Source of the DNA: Octopus sinensis
Lineage: Eukaryota
DNA length: 64,000 nt
Assembly (NCBI RefSeq): GCF_006345805.1
Contig: NC_043000.1
Span: forward strand, 151,838,001 to 151,902,000
Direction of reading: 5' to 3'
How positions within the stretch are numbered: the stretch's first letter is position 1; the number at the start of each line of letters is the position of its first letter. The notes below the pieces were generated by a model. That model worked only from the letters and a program-made list of their open reading frames with translations, did no database searches and had not been told where the DNA came from. Made by a program: the position numbers and the translations under genes. Positions 41,057 to 52,830 of this stretch are shown here, piece by piece.

Positions 41057-41445
41057 TGACACAATTACAAACACTAATGTTATTATGACTGTCTCTTTCT
41101 TAATTTCGGCCATCCTCTGTCTCCTCTGTTCTTTCTATTCTTTCCTCTCTTTCCTTATCTTCCCTTCAGTCCTCTTCCGAATCATCACTTCTCTTCCCCT
41201 TTCTTCTTTATCTCTCTTCCACTCACCTTATACTAAAACATTGCTTCTCTCCGCTCCGCTGCCCCCCCCCCCATGCTTGTATCATTCTTTCAAGTTTTCT
41301 ACTTGTTTCTTACCAGAAATGACTGACGAAAGCACCATTAATTCTCTTGGCTGATCAATTTTTCTCAACCGATTAATGGGCTGATTGAATAAATCAATCA
41401 ATAACGAACCGGTAATGACTATTGGAAACAGCTGTAAGTCAAATT

Positions 41446-41855
41446 GGATCTTTTCGGTTTGAACGGCAGTTTTTTTTCTAGCGATGTCATATGAAATTGT
41501 CACCCATAATTATGACCCTAGTATCGATCTATTGCATTTCAATCAGTTTTAGGGTTAGGGTTAGGGGTGGGGGAAGGGTATCTTTTTTCTTCAGAAATGT
41601 AAATAAACCCAATCTGTTTCTTAAACGAGGGACATATTCATACGACACGGAATGTTTTCACCTCAATAGACGTCATTGATTGGTTGAAATTGAAGAAAAA
41701 AAAACCACAAATATCTTACAAACTATAGAATGTTCTCAATAAAGCCAAGAGAAAAAGATGTTTTATAAACGCATTCTACCAGTATACGAAGTTTAAAAGT
41801 GTTTAGTTACGTGGAAATTATTTTTAAAAAACTGCCGTTCAAACCGAAAAGATCC
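41446..41855. mobile_element. MITE with ~30-bp TIRs and an internal (TTAGGG)3 tract
   Basis: GGATCTTTTCGGTTTGAACGGCAGTTTTTT / AAAAAACTGCCGTTCAAACCGAAAAGATCC; AATT close to both ends. Confidence 0.8.
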
Positions 41856-42029
41856 CAATTGTTAGTTTTTTCTTCAATTTTATGTATGATTATATAGAAA
41901 GCTATTTTTTCTGCAATAGTGGTACCTCCTATTATTCATTCCTTTCCCTACTTGTCAACTTTTTAAAAGCAAATTTACTCCCATCACAAATATTCCAATT
42001 TGGATTTGCATTTCTACCATAATGGTTTT

Positions 42030-42240
42030 AAATTTTTGTACAAAGGCAGCAATATTAGAGAGAGGGGATAAGACAATTACGTCAACCCTAGTGTACAACT
42101 GGTACTTACTTTATCGACCCCGAAAGGATGAAAGGTAAAGGCAACATCGGCGCAATTCGAACTCATAACGCAAAGAACCGGAATAACATGCTGCTAAGCA
42201 TTTTGTCCGACGCACTAACGAGTCTACCAGTTCACCATTT
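42030..42240 (-). mobile_element. Diverged SINE family A
   Basis: ATCGACCCCGAAAGGATGAAAGG core plus a degenerate head. Confidence 0.65.
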
Positions 42241-42427
42241 TACACTTCTGCCATGATGAAACGCACAACGAAGAAGGAAATTAAAATACCATTTTCAAAC
42301 GTTATTATTTTCGATTCCAATAACAATAATACTTGTCTCTAATTTAGACACAAGGCAGCAATTTTGGGAGTAGGTGGGATTAGTCAATGCCATCGACCTT
42401 GACACCAGGCTAGTACTTTATTTTATA

Positions 42428-42828
42428 CTAGCAGTATCGCCCGGCGTTGCTCGGGTTTGTAAGGGAAATAACTATATAAGCATTTTTAGAGAGTTATAGC
42501 CAAAAAATAGCAAAAAAAAAATGCATTAAAAATGGAAAAAAAATGATGGTAAATTTTTTTTTAAATCGTTGACTCATCGTAAACATTTTTAGAGAGTTAC
42601 TTCCCTTATATAATAGCGAAAAAATGCATCAAAATGGAAAAAAATGATGGTAAATTATTTTTTAAATCGTAGACTCATCGTAGACGCGCGCTAATACCCA
42701 GAAGGGCTCGATATGAATCACGACTATAAGATACTCGGTTTTGGTTAAACTGCACCGCAAAATGTGGGAGTAGTTAAGAATCTAAATCGTAGGAGACAGA
42801 CACACAACTTCACTTTTATATATAAAGA
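42428..42828 (-). mobile_element. Non-autonomous Helitron, internal type II, inserted in an old SINE A remnant
   Basis: A|TC...hairpin-CTAG|T; reverse complement of 63352-63751. Confidence 0.85.
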
Positions 42829-43414
42829 TATCTCGGAAGGATTAATAGAATGTTGACTTCGGCGGATTTGTATTCAAAGTACATGCCACTAGGAACTTGT
42901 TTTCCGACGCTCTTGCGATTCTGCCAGTCCATCAGTCTCAAATAACCATTGAATGTCTCAGTTTTCATCTGAATCAGAATCTCCAACACCATACAAGCTG
43001 AATTCTCCTCCTAAAACCACAAATTCCACCAGCATCAAAAGTCTAATTCTTGTAGAACAAAGATTTTTACTCGGTTCACTCTTCATCGCAAGTAAGTTGA
43101 TATCAGTGTAAAATCTTCAGTTCTTGGAAGAACTGCATTGTGCTTCTAAATTAGAGTTTCCAAACGGAAAATAATTCGGATGTACCTGAAATCATGGGCA
43201 TGTCCTACAAAATTAATGCCTGGCCAAATTTTTCTTAGACACACAGCTCAGCTTAGTCTGAAGGTATATACGCTCTAACTATGTCTTTTGTCTTTTCATT
43301 CATAAGCATCTGTACAGAATTGTTTTCCTTTCTGTTTGGTCTAAAAGATGCTGCGGTATATTGAGGTATATTGAGCGTAACATTTCTCTGTTTGATTCCG
43401 CTGGTGTGCGTCTC

Positions 43415-44011
43415 CACTTACTCTTTTATTTGCTTCAGTCATTTGACTGCGGCCATGCTGGAGCACCGCCTTTTAGTCGAGCAAATCGACCCCAGGACTT
43501 ATTCTTTGTAAGCCTAGTATTTATTCTATCGGGCATAAACACACCAGCATCGGTTGTCAAGCGATGTTAGGGGGGACAAACACAGTCACACAAACACCCA
43601 CACACACCCACACACACACATATATTCCTTATTGTCCACAAGAGACAAAACATAGAGAGGACAAACAAGGACAGACAAATGTATTAAGTCGATTATATCG
43701 ACCCCAGTGCGTAACTGGTACTTAATTTATCAACCCCGAAAGGCTGAAAGGCAAAGTCAACCTCGGCGGAATTTGAACTCAGAACGTAGCGACAGACGAA
43801 ATACCGCTAAGCATTTCGCCCGGCGCGCTAACGTTTCTGCCAGCTCACCGACGGGCTTCTTTCAGTTTCCGTCTAGCAAATCTACTCACAAGGCTTTGGT
43901 CGGCCCGAGGCTATAGTAGAAGACACTTGCCCAAGATGCCACGCAGTGGGACTGAACCCGGAGCCATGTGGTTGGTAAGCAAGCTACTTACCACACTGCC
44001 ATTCCTGCGCC
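43415..44011 (-). mobile_element. SINE family B containing a nested family A copy (43623-43850)
   Basis: The two halves of B are separated at their central microsatellite by a complete A head, core and tail 2. Confidence 0.85.
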
Positions 44012-44252
44012 TAAATATTCATCGTCTAAATATTCATAGTCTTTGTCTAGTGAGATGAGGTCGAAAACGTGGGTGATCTTGACAAAAGAAATATTTCTTG
44101 CTGTACTTTCACTTCTACAGCTGTTAGTATCATCATTAGTGCTCCATATTTGGATGGGAGTTTGTTTGTGTTGCGACGCTTAGTTTCTATAGTGGGGTGG
44201 CAATGCACGATTTGCTGCTGTTGGGGGTAATATTGTGAGCTTCTTTGTTTGA

Positions 44253-44853
44253 AAGGCGGCGATCTGGCAGAATCGTTAGCACGCCGGGCGAAATGCTTAC
44301 CGGTATTTCGGCTGCTGTTACGTTCTGAGTTCAAATTCCACCGAGGTCGACTTTGCCTTTTATCCTTTCGGGGTCGATAAATTAAGTACCAGTTATGCAC
44401 TGGGGTCGATGTAATCGACTTAATTCCTTTGTCTGTCCTTGTTTGTTCCCTCTATGTTTAGTCCCTTGTGGGTAATAAAGAAATAGGTATTTCATCTGCC
44501 GTTACGTTCTGAGTTCAAGTTCTGCCGAGGACGACTTTGCCTTTCATCCTTTCGGGGTCGATAAATTAAGAACCAGTTACGAACTGGGGTCGATGTAATC
44601 GACTTAATACCTATGTCTGTCCATGTTTGTCCTTTCTATGTTTAGTCCCTTGTGGGTAATAAAGAAATAGGTATTTCATCTGCTGTTACGTTCTGAGTTC
44701 AAATTCCGCCGAGGGCGACTTTGCCTTTCATCCTTTCGGGGTCGATAAATAAAGTACCAATTTCGGACTGGGGTCGATGTAATCGACTTAATCCCTTTGT
44801 CTGTCCATGTTTGTTCCCTCTATGTTTAGTCCCTTGTGGATAGTAAAGAAATA
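44253..44853 (+). mobile_element. SINE family A trimer (tail2 x3)
   Basis: 24-bp perfect TSD AATATTGTGAGCTTCTTTGTTTGA at 44229-44252 and 44854-44877; middle unit 44487-44670 is 184 bp. Confidence 0.95.
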
Positions 44854-45023
44854 AATATTGTGAGCTTCTTTGTTTGATATGACATTATTCTTAACGCTGC
44901 AACTGTTGCAGGTGAAAATACTGCTCCGATTCTTAACGCATTATGCGGTAGGAGAAGATTGCAAAAGACGGTTCCATCTTCAAATCTCCTACCTTTCTCT
45001 CTTGCTGGCCGGTCTGCAAGGAA

Positions 45024-45375
45024 GACACCAATTCCAACATTTTTTTTTTTTTATGGTAGAAAAAAGATTTTTTTCTTCTACTGAACTTTTTGCCCCGTAC
45101 GGCAAATAACCAAAGAACTGTGGATCAGTCTTTTACGGTTCTGATCAACTAAAAAACAAGGTAGAACAATAACATTAATAGAAACAGACTTTAAAACAAA
45201 ATAAAACACAAGTCTTTGTAAGTATTTATTCTATCTTTACGTTCTGAGTTTAAATTCCGCCCAGTCTTTCATCCTTTCGGGGGTCGATGAATTAAGTACC
45301 AGTTGCGTACTGGGGTCGATCTAATCGACTGACCCCGTTCCCAAAATTTCGGGCCTTGTGTCTAGAGTAGAAAAG

Positions 45376-45418
<43 letters not shown>

Positions 45419-45600
45419 GTCTTTGTTTTAAAGTCTGTTTCTATCAATGTTATTGTTCTACCTTGTTTTTTAGTTGATCAGAACCGTAAAAGACTGATCC
45501 ACAGTTTTTTGGTTATTTGTCGTACGGGGCAAAAAGTTCAGTAGAAAAAAAAAATCTTTTTTCTCGCATAAAAAAAAAAAAAAATGTTGGAAATGGTGTC
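45024..45600. mobile_element. Foldback / long-TIR element (~177-bp inverted arms) interrupted by a truncated SINE A
   Basis: 45024-45200 is the reverse complement of 45422-45600; the SINE is flanked by a 9-bp duplication AGTCTTTGT (45211-45219, 45418-45426). Confidence 0.8.
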
Positions 45601-45669
45601 ATAAATTCATGGATCTTCCAAGAGACATTCAACTTCGGCAATAAACAACAACAACAACAACAATAATGG

Positions 45670-45878
45670 ATTCAAATCCTGGCATACGGCCAGCCGTTTC
45701 ATGAAGGGAGTAAATCGATTATATTGGCCCCAGTATTTCGCTGGTACTTATTTTATCGCCCTCGAAAGAATGAAAGGCAAAGTCGACCTCGGCGGAATTT
45801 GACCTCAGAACGTAGCGGCGGACGAAATGCCGCTAAGCATTTTGCTCGGCGTGCTGACGATTCTGCCAGCTCGTCGCC
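45670..45878 (-). mobile_element. Diverged SINE family A
   Basis: Core and full head on the minus strand. Confidence 0.75.
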
Positions 45879-45903
45879 TTAATGATAATAATAGTAATAA
45901 TAA

Positions 45904-46336
45904 TCTTTTCTGCTCTAGGCACAAGGCCCGAAATTTTGGGAAGGGGGTCAGTCGATTAGATCGACCCCAGTACGCAACAGGTACTTAATTCATCGACCCC
46001 CGAAAGGATGAAAGACAAAGTCGACCTGGGCGGAATTCAAACTCAGAACATAAAGACAGACGAAATACTGCTAAGCATTTCGCCCGGCGTGCTAACGTTT
46101 CGTATTTCTTTACTGCCCACAAGGGGCTACACACAGAGGGGACAAACAAGGACAGACAAACGGATTAAGTCGATTACATCGACCCCAGTGTGTAACTGGT
46201 ACTTATTTAATCGACCCCGAAAGGATGAAAGGCAAAGTCGACATCGGTGGAATTTGAACTCAGGACATAAAGACAGACGAAATACTCCTAAGCATTTCGC
46301 CCGACGTGCTAATGTTTCTGCCAGCTTGCCGCCTTA
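45904..46336 (-). mobile_element. SINE family A dimer (tail2-tail1) within (AAT)n
   Basis: Junction at ~46101-46103 is the same type as the one at ~6355. Confidence 0.85.
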
Positions 46337-46376
<40 letters not shown>

Positions 46377-46489
46377 TAATAATAATAATAATAATCACAA
46401 TAATAATAATAATAATAATAATAACAATAATAATAATAACAATAATAATAATAATAACAATAATAATAATAATTATAATAATAAACAAG

Positions 46490-46678
46490 ACAACCTTGAC
46501 AACCGATGCTGGTGTGCTTATGTCCCCATTACTTTGTGGTTCGGCAAAAGAGACCGATAGAATAAGTACTGGGCTTACAAAAGAATAAGTCCCGGGGTCG
46601 AGTTGCTCGATTAAAAGGCGGTGCTCCAGCATGGCCGCAGTCAGATGACTGAAACAAGTAAAAGAATAAAAGAGTAAG
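46490..46678 (+). mobile_element. SINE family B 3' half
   Basis: CTTGACAACCGATGCTGG through the AAACAAGTAAAAGA tail. Confidence 0.85.
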
Positions 46679-47530
46679 AGATTAGAAAATTTTTATATGC
46701 AATATTACTTTCATAAGGATTAAGGAAATTAACCAAATATTTCGTAGGGGGTGCAGAGCAAAAAAGGAAAAGACAAATTAGCATTCACGGATTTAAGGTA
46801 ATAATAATGACAACTTTCAGAATTACAATAAACCTACAAACAAACAAATGCGGAGTGATAGTAAAGAGACTTATGCATTATTCAAGAAGGTAACGACGTA
46901 AACGAAACTACTTCTTCGCCGGCGCTCTTTCCATCGGTATACTTCCTCTTAGTCCACCTCCACCAACTTAAAACGCCTACTCATAAACCCAGTCAAAACA
47001 AGTGCTGGCTTAAAAACTCCTCTTACCATCCGTTTACCAGTAGACATCAGTGTTTCTTATCTTTATAGTTGTTCTTTAAGTAAATAAATAATGAAAAAAT
47101 ATGTATATATGATTTGTTAAAAAAATATTTCCTATTCATGTTTTGTTTGTTTGTTGTTGTTGTTATTATTATTATCAAGCTGCTTGCTAATAATGTTGGT
47201 CGTTGATGTTGTTTTCATACACAGAAATATTATTTATTTATTCATTTATTTATTTATTTATTTACTTATTTTTGCCGTTAATTATAAGATTTTTACCAAC
47301 CTGTAAGAAATTACTCTACTGTCAGCTTTAAACGATAAACAGAAAACGTACATTCACGTGCTTTCTACATCTGCTTGCCTATCCTTCTTTTCAGAAATCT
47401 GTGGTCGACGATCAAGCCAGAAAATACAGATTCAGCGATAAAGGTTCAATCCCTTGTTGAGCCATTCTATTTCGCACACTCCTCTCCCCTATATCTTCTA
47501 GTCAAAAGGGTTTGGACTCTGCCAAACTAA

Positions 47531-48132
47531 TCTATTTCTTGACTACCCACAAAGAGCTAAACACAGAGTGGACAAACAAGGACAGACAAACGGATTAAGT
47601 CTATTATATCGACCCCAGTGCGTAACTGGTACTTATTTAATCGACCCTGAAAGGATGAAAGGGAAAGTCGATCTCGGCGGAATTTGAACTCAGAACGTAA
47701 CGGCAAACGAAATACCTATTTCTTTATTACCCACAAGGGGCTAAACACAGAGGGGACAAACAAGGACAGACATAGGTATTAAGTCGATTACATCGACCCC
47801 AGTTCGTAACTGGTACTTAATTTATCGACCCCGAAAGGATGAAAGGCAAAGTCGACATCGGCGGAATTTGAACTCAGAACGTAACGGCAAACGAAATACC
47901 TGTTTCTTTACTACCCACAAGGAGCTAAACACAGAGTGGACAAACAAGGACAGATAAACGGATTAAGTCGATTATATCGACCCCAGTGCGTAACTGGTAC
48001 TTATTTAATCGACCCTGAAAGGATAAAAGGGAAAGTCGACCTCGGCGGAATTTGAACTCAGAACGTAACGGCAAACGAAATACCGCTGAGCATTTTGCCC
48101 GGCGTGCTAACGATTCTGCCAGCTCGTTGCCT
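47531..48132 (-). mobile_element. SINE family A trimer (tail2 x3), mosaic of subfamilies
   Basis: Units 47532-47715 and 47716-47899 are 184 bp each; degenerate 13-bp TSD at 47518-47530 and 48133-48145. Confidence 0.9.
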
Positions 48133-48967
48133 TCTCCCAAGCTAACCTACCTTTTTGTCTACGTGCACTTTAGACAGCATTAAATAATTCATATCTTCGC
48201 TGATGAATTACATATGTGTATATTTCTTGCGACAAGGCACGGACGCCTGATATCTTAACCAAAAGAATGATGTGTTGTGATACTTATGACTTTGCCACGC
48301 GAATTAGCATCGTCCGTGAAGTGAGTTGGGTTCTTCATTCCTTGCAAAGAATAAAATAAGTCAGGCGCTTTCTTCCCTCAAAATAAGATGAAGTACAAAC
48401 CTGCTTCGTATTTTTAGTTGGGAAATATGAGATGTTGCGGTGTTCAAGCTTTTACACAAGCAGTAACAACGTAAGTGAAGTGATATACCTTCAACTAAAA
48501 AATGAAATCGTTCTATCGCTTCGGTTTATTGGGAGCCTGCTCCTTGCTTTATGGCCACACACAATAAAATATTAAATTCTGGTTATTTCGAAAAGTGGTT
48601 CGATCTGATAATATGGAGCTCTTAAACACGTGTCTTCTGCTTCAGTTGCAAGCTGAACAAAAGTTTGTGAGTGGAAGTTAGCAGACGAGACTGCAACACC
48701 AGCACTTGACTGACATCCTAAATATGAGCAGCATGGATGTGTCTTTTCAGTTCTGTTAGAGACCTACACTATTTTGCACAAATGTCGCAAAGATTGGAGC
48801 CCCTTACAGCTGGTACTCGAAGAGTTTACCTTTCACGCTGACAAATGCCTTCATTCCTTCATGGAATTTTCCTGGTTTGCCTTTTTTAAAAAGATAAGAC
48901 CAGCAATAGCAACAGATTGAAAAGATGTTAAAACAGATGTTAAAAATTAAGCGATGTCTGTCTTTAA

Positions 48968-49187
48968 CCCTTTAGTGTTTAAACCGGCCATACCAGGCCA
49001 AAATTGTCTTCCTGTTTTATGCTCAAACCAGCCAGCTCTGACCTCTCACACCTACCCTACAAAGTCATTCTAAAATTAAACAGGGACGTCATCAAAATCT
49101 CAGAGTTACAAGATGCTGTACAATTAATTTAAAACAATGTGATTAAACAGGCTTTGCATTTGACAGAGTAATCTGAATGCTAAAGGG
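48968..49187. mobile_element. piggyBac-like MITE
   Basis: TTAA|CCCTTTAG...CTAAAGGG|TTAA, 220 bp. Confidence 0.75.
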
Positions 49188-49567
49188 TTAAAGCTTTGTA
49201 AAGTGAAGGAAGGCCTTGCACAAGGCCAATCCTACTCTCTAAATGATACATTCAGTTGCCCCCCCCCACCTCAAAAGAACCAATCTACATCATTCGATGC
49301 TAACGAAGTCGCATGTATTACACCAGAGTTTGCCTTCTCCTAAAGAGATGTCAAAACTAAGACTTGGGGTTTCTCACTTCCAACAGTTGGATAGCCGTTG
49401 ACTATAGAAGTTTTGTTTTCCATTCTGCAGGGGTCTAACAAAAACCGCCCTTGTTACCAAGCAGGCTCCGTATGGCTGCCAGTTTAGTCGCCGACGGCCC
49501 GACTATACCCATGGGTTGTACTGGACTACATGTTGCCAGAGTGATCTGACATACATGCATATAAGTA

Positions 49568-49632
<65 letters not shown>

Positions 49633-49665
49633 TTGTATATATGCATGTATATGTATTATATATAT

Positions 49666-49698
<33 letters not shown>

Positions 49699-49757
49699 TT
49701 AAAAACAACACCACAATCACAACTGATATTTATTACAAAAGCACAGATACACACCAG

Positions 49758-49788
<31 letters not shown>

Positions 49789-50154
49789 AAATTTAAAAGA
49801 AAAAAAATTTTTTTAAATAAACAAAAAAATAAATAAATAAATCAATAAATAAATAAATAAATAATTAATTAATTAATAAAATAATATATAAATGTAAAAA
49901 TATACATACATACATATAATATATTATATATATATATATAAAATTTATAAGTTTAAATTATTTAAATAATTTTTATTTTAACTTTTATATTTTAAATTAA
50001 TTTTATGTATTGGCTTATGTTTTTCACTGTTTGATTTGCCTAATAGTGGTTTTATCTCTAATTTAATATAATATAATATAACTATATATACTATAAAATG
50101 GATTTAATCCTAAATCTAATTTTTCCCTGTAAGTTTGGATTTATTCCCTAATGT

Positions 50155-50232
<78 letters not shown>

Positions 50233-50650
50233 TTAAAAACAACACCACAATTACAAATGATATTTATTACATAAGTACAGATGCACACCAGTACCTAAAT
50301 TTCAAATCATGCCACTCAACACACACAAAATGCAACATTCCATACTGTCTAGCCAGGAAAATTTGTACTATAGTCGATGATCCAAATCCCAGGAACGCAC
50401 GACTTGTAGAATTCAAAGGGTTTCTGCTCAAGCAAAAATACCCTCTCCTACTAATAGAAAATAGTATACCACGAGCAAAAGAGATACCTATAGAATAACT
50501 TAGGGCAACACGAGAAAGACGAACCCATCAACCAACAGAACACAATGCCATTTCTAGTAACACATAATCCGCATCACCAAACATTTTGACATCACCAAAA
50601 CAATTTTGCCAGTCATGAAACAAATTGAAAAGTTTAAAAAAACATAAAAA
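50233..50650 (+). mobile_element. Penelope-like element RT C-terminal (thumb) fragment
   Basis: TNDIYYISTDAHQYLNFKSCHSTHTKCNIPYCLARKICTIV..R..RL.E...L.KQKYP..LIE..I.RAKEIP, then MPFLVTHNP, is the typical PLE thumb and linker pattern. Confidence 0.85.
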
Positions 50651-50655
50651 GATAA

Positions 50656-50784
50656 TAACCAACCACATGGTTCCGGGTTCAGTCCCACTGCGTGGCATCT
50701 TGGGCAAGTGTCTTCTACTATAGCCCCGGCCCGACCAATGCCTTGTGAGTGGATTTGGTAGACGGAAACTGAAAGAAGCCTGTC

Positions 50785-50836
<52 letters not shown>

Positions 50837-50837
50837 T

Positions 50838-50882
<45 letters not shown>

Positions 50883-51030
50883 TTGTGTGTATGTGTCTGT
50901 CCCCCTAGCATTGCTTGACAACCGATGCTGGTGTGTTTACGTCCCCGTCACTTAGCGGTTCGGTAAAAGAGTCCGATAGAATAAGTACTGGGCTTACAAA
51001 GAATAAGTCCGGGGTTGATTTGCTCGACAA
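50656..51030 (+). mobile_element. SINE family B, truncated at both ends
   Basis: Matches 33476-33888 in the opposite orientation. Confidence 0.85.
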
Positions 51031-51853
51031 AAATATATATATATAATCACCCAACTTTCTGACTACCTTATCATTCTAAATATACAATATCTGTATTTCA
51101 CTTCAAAAGCTCTCTCCCCCCTCTCTCTCTCTCCTCTCTATCTCTCCTCTCTCTCTCTCTCTCTCTCTATATCAATATATATATATATATATATAAAAGA
51201 GAGCTTGTGTGTGTGTGTACGTAGTTCCTTATGCATTAAAAAAACCGAGTTGCCGTTTTTGACGTATGGGGTATCAAAAGATTCAGTAAGCTTCTGGCTA
51301 CAACTAAACTATATTTTCATTCACTTATTTGCATTGTAAAATTTAAGATTATCATTTTTCTTTTAGTCACCTATTGTGAACGACATCTTTTACCACCACT
51401 ACCACCTAACGACGATGACGTTACATTTTCCTATATGTGTTCGCCGCGTTCGTTACGTACGTTAGGCCGATGACTGACAAGTATGTGGGTGACGGTGTTT
51501 CTGTGACGACTGACACACAGACATACAACATCTAAAGACAGAGATGGACACACACAGGAACACAGATAGTCTTCACGTATGTGTTAATGTGTGTGTATGT
51601 GTTGTGTGTATGTGTCTGTCCCCCTAGCATTGCTTGACAACCGATGCTGGTGTGTTTACGTCCCCGTCACTTAGCGGTTCGGTAAAAGAGTCCGATAGAA
51701 TAAGTACTGGGCTTACAAAGAATAAGTCCCGGGTTGATTTGCTCGACTAAAATATATATATATAATCACCCAACTTTCTGACTACCTTATCATTCTAAAT
51801 ATACAATATCTGTATTTCACTTCAAAAGCTCTCTCCCCCCTCTCTCTCTCTCC

Positions 51854-51918
<65 letters not shown>

Positions 51919-52323
51919 GAGCTTGTGTGTGTGTGTACGTATGTTCCTTATGCATTAAAAAAACCGAGTTGCCGTTTTTGACGTATGGGGTATCAAAAGA
52001 TTCAGTAAGCTTCTGGCTACCAACTAAACTATATTTTCATTCACTTATTTGCATTACAAAAATTTAAGATTATCATTTTTCTTTTAGTCACCTATTGTGA
52101 ACGACATCTTTTACCACCACTACCACCATAACGACGATGACGTTACATTTTCTATATGTGTTCGCGCGTTCGTTACGTACGTTAGGCCGATGACTGACAA
52201 GTATGTGGGTGACGGTGTTTCTGTGACGACTGACACACAGACATACACACATCTAAAGACAGAGATGGACACACACAGGAACACAGATAGTCTTCACGTA
52301 TGTGTTAATGTGTGTGTATGTGT
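50881..52323 (+). repeat. ~720-bp tandem duplication, possibly an assembly artefact
   Basis: Copies start at 50881 and 51601 and differ mainly by single-base indels. Confidence 0.85.
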
Positions 52324-52477
52324 GTGTCTTTATGTATGTAACTTCCCCTTCCCCAACAGTGAAACACGCCAATATCGAAAGTTTACTTGTAGCCTGGACT
52401 TCAAACAAACAACAACGTTCACTTTCAAGTACTACCAACATGAAGATTTGGCTGATTTAACACCACTCACAATGGTT

Positions 52478-52830
52478 GGTTGGCATCCTTTCTGTCTCGG
52501 GAGACAATGGAGTTGCGCATAAAGTAGTCTAGTCCGGCTTTTACATTTCATGTCCTGATACATTTCTTGCTGTGGCTGTGTAGTCCTATCCTGGACAAAC
52601 ACTCCCTCTGGCAGGTACCGCAAATGTAGCGAAGACTGTTCCTGGCTGGTTGTAATGCCATAGTTTCTTGTTGACGTCTTTTCTTGTCTTTCCATTTCTC
52701 CTCTCTCTCTCTCTGTCACTCCTTTGTATTCCCTCTCTTACGGTACGTCGCCAGTCTCCACGGTTGCCGGCAACTGCCTCCCAACCGCTAATATTGATGT
52801 TGCAGGCCTTCATGTCCCTTTTGCAAACAC
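52478..52830 (-). mobile_element. RTE-clade LINE 3' end
   Basis: CKRDMKACNINISGWEAVAGNRGDWRRTVREG...ICGTCQRECLSRIGLHSH and the terminal CCATTGTCTCCCGAGACAGAAAGGATGCC typical of RTE. Confidence 0.85.

Noticed and set aside
41549-41566. (TTAGGG)3 as a true telomere or fusion scar
   Set aside because: It has only three units and lies inside a TIR element.
44253-44853. Regularly spaced repeats as a CRISPR-like array
   Set aside because: The units repeat over their whole length with no unique spacers, there are no cas genes, and the context is a eukaryotic SINE.
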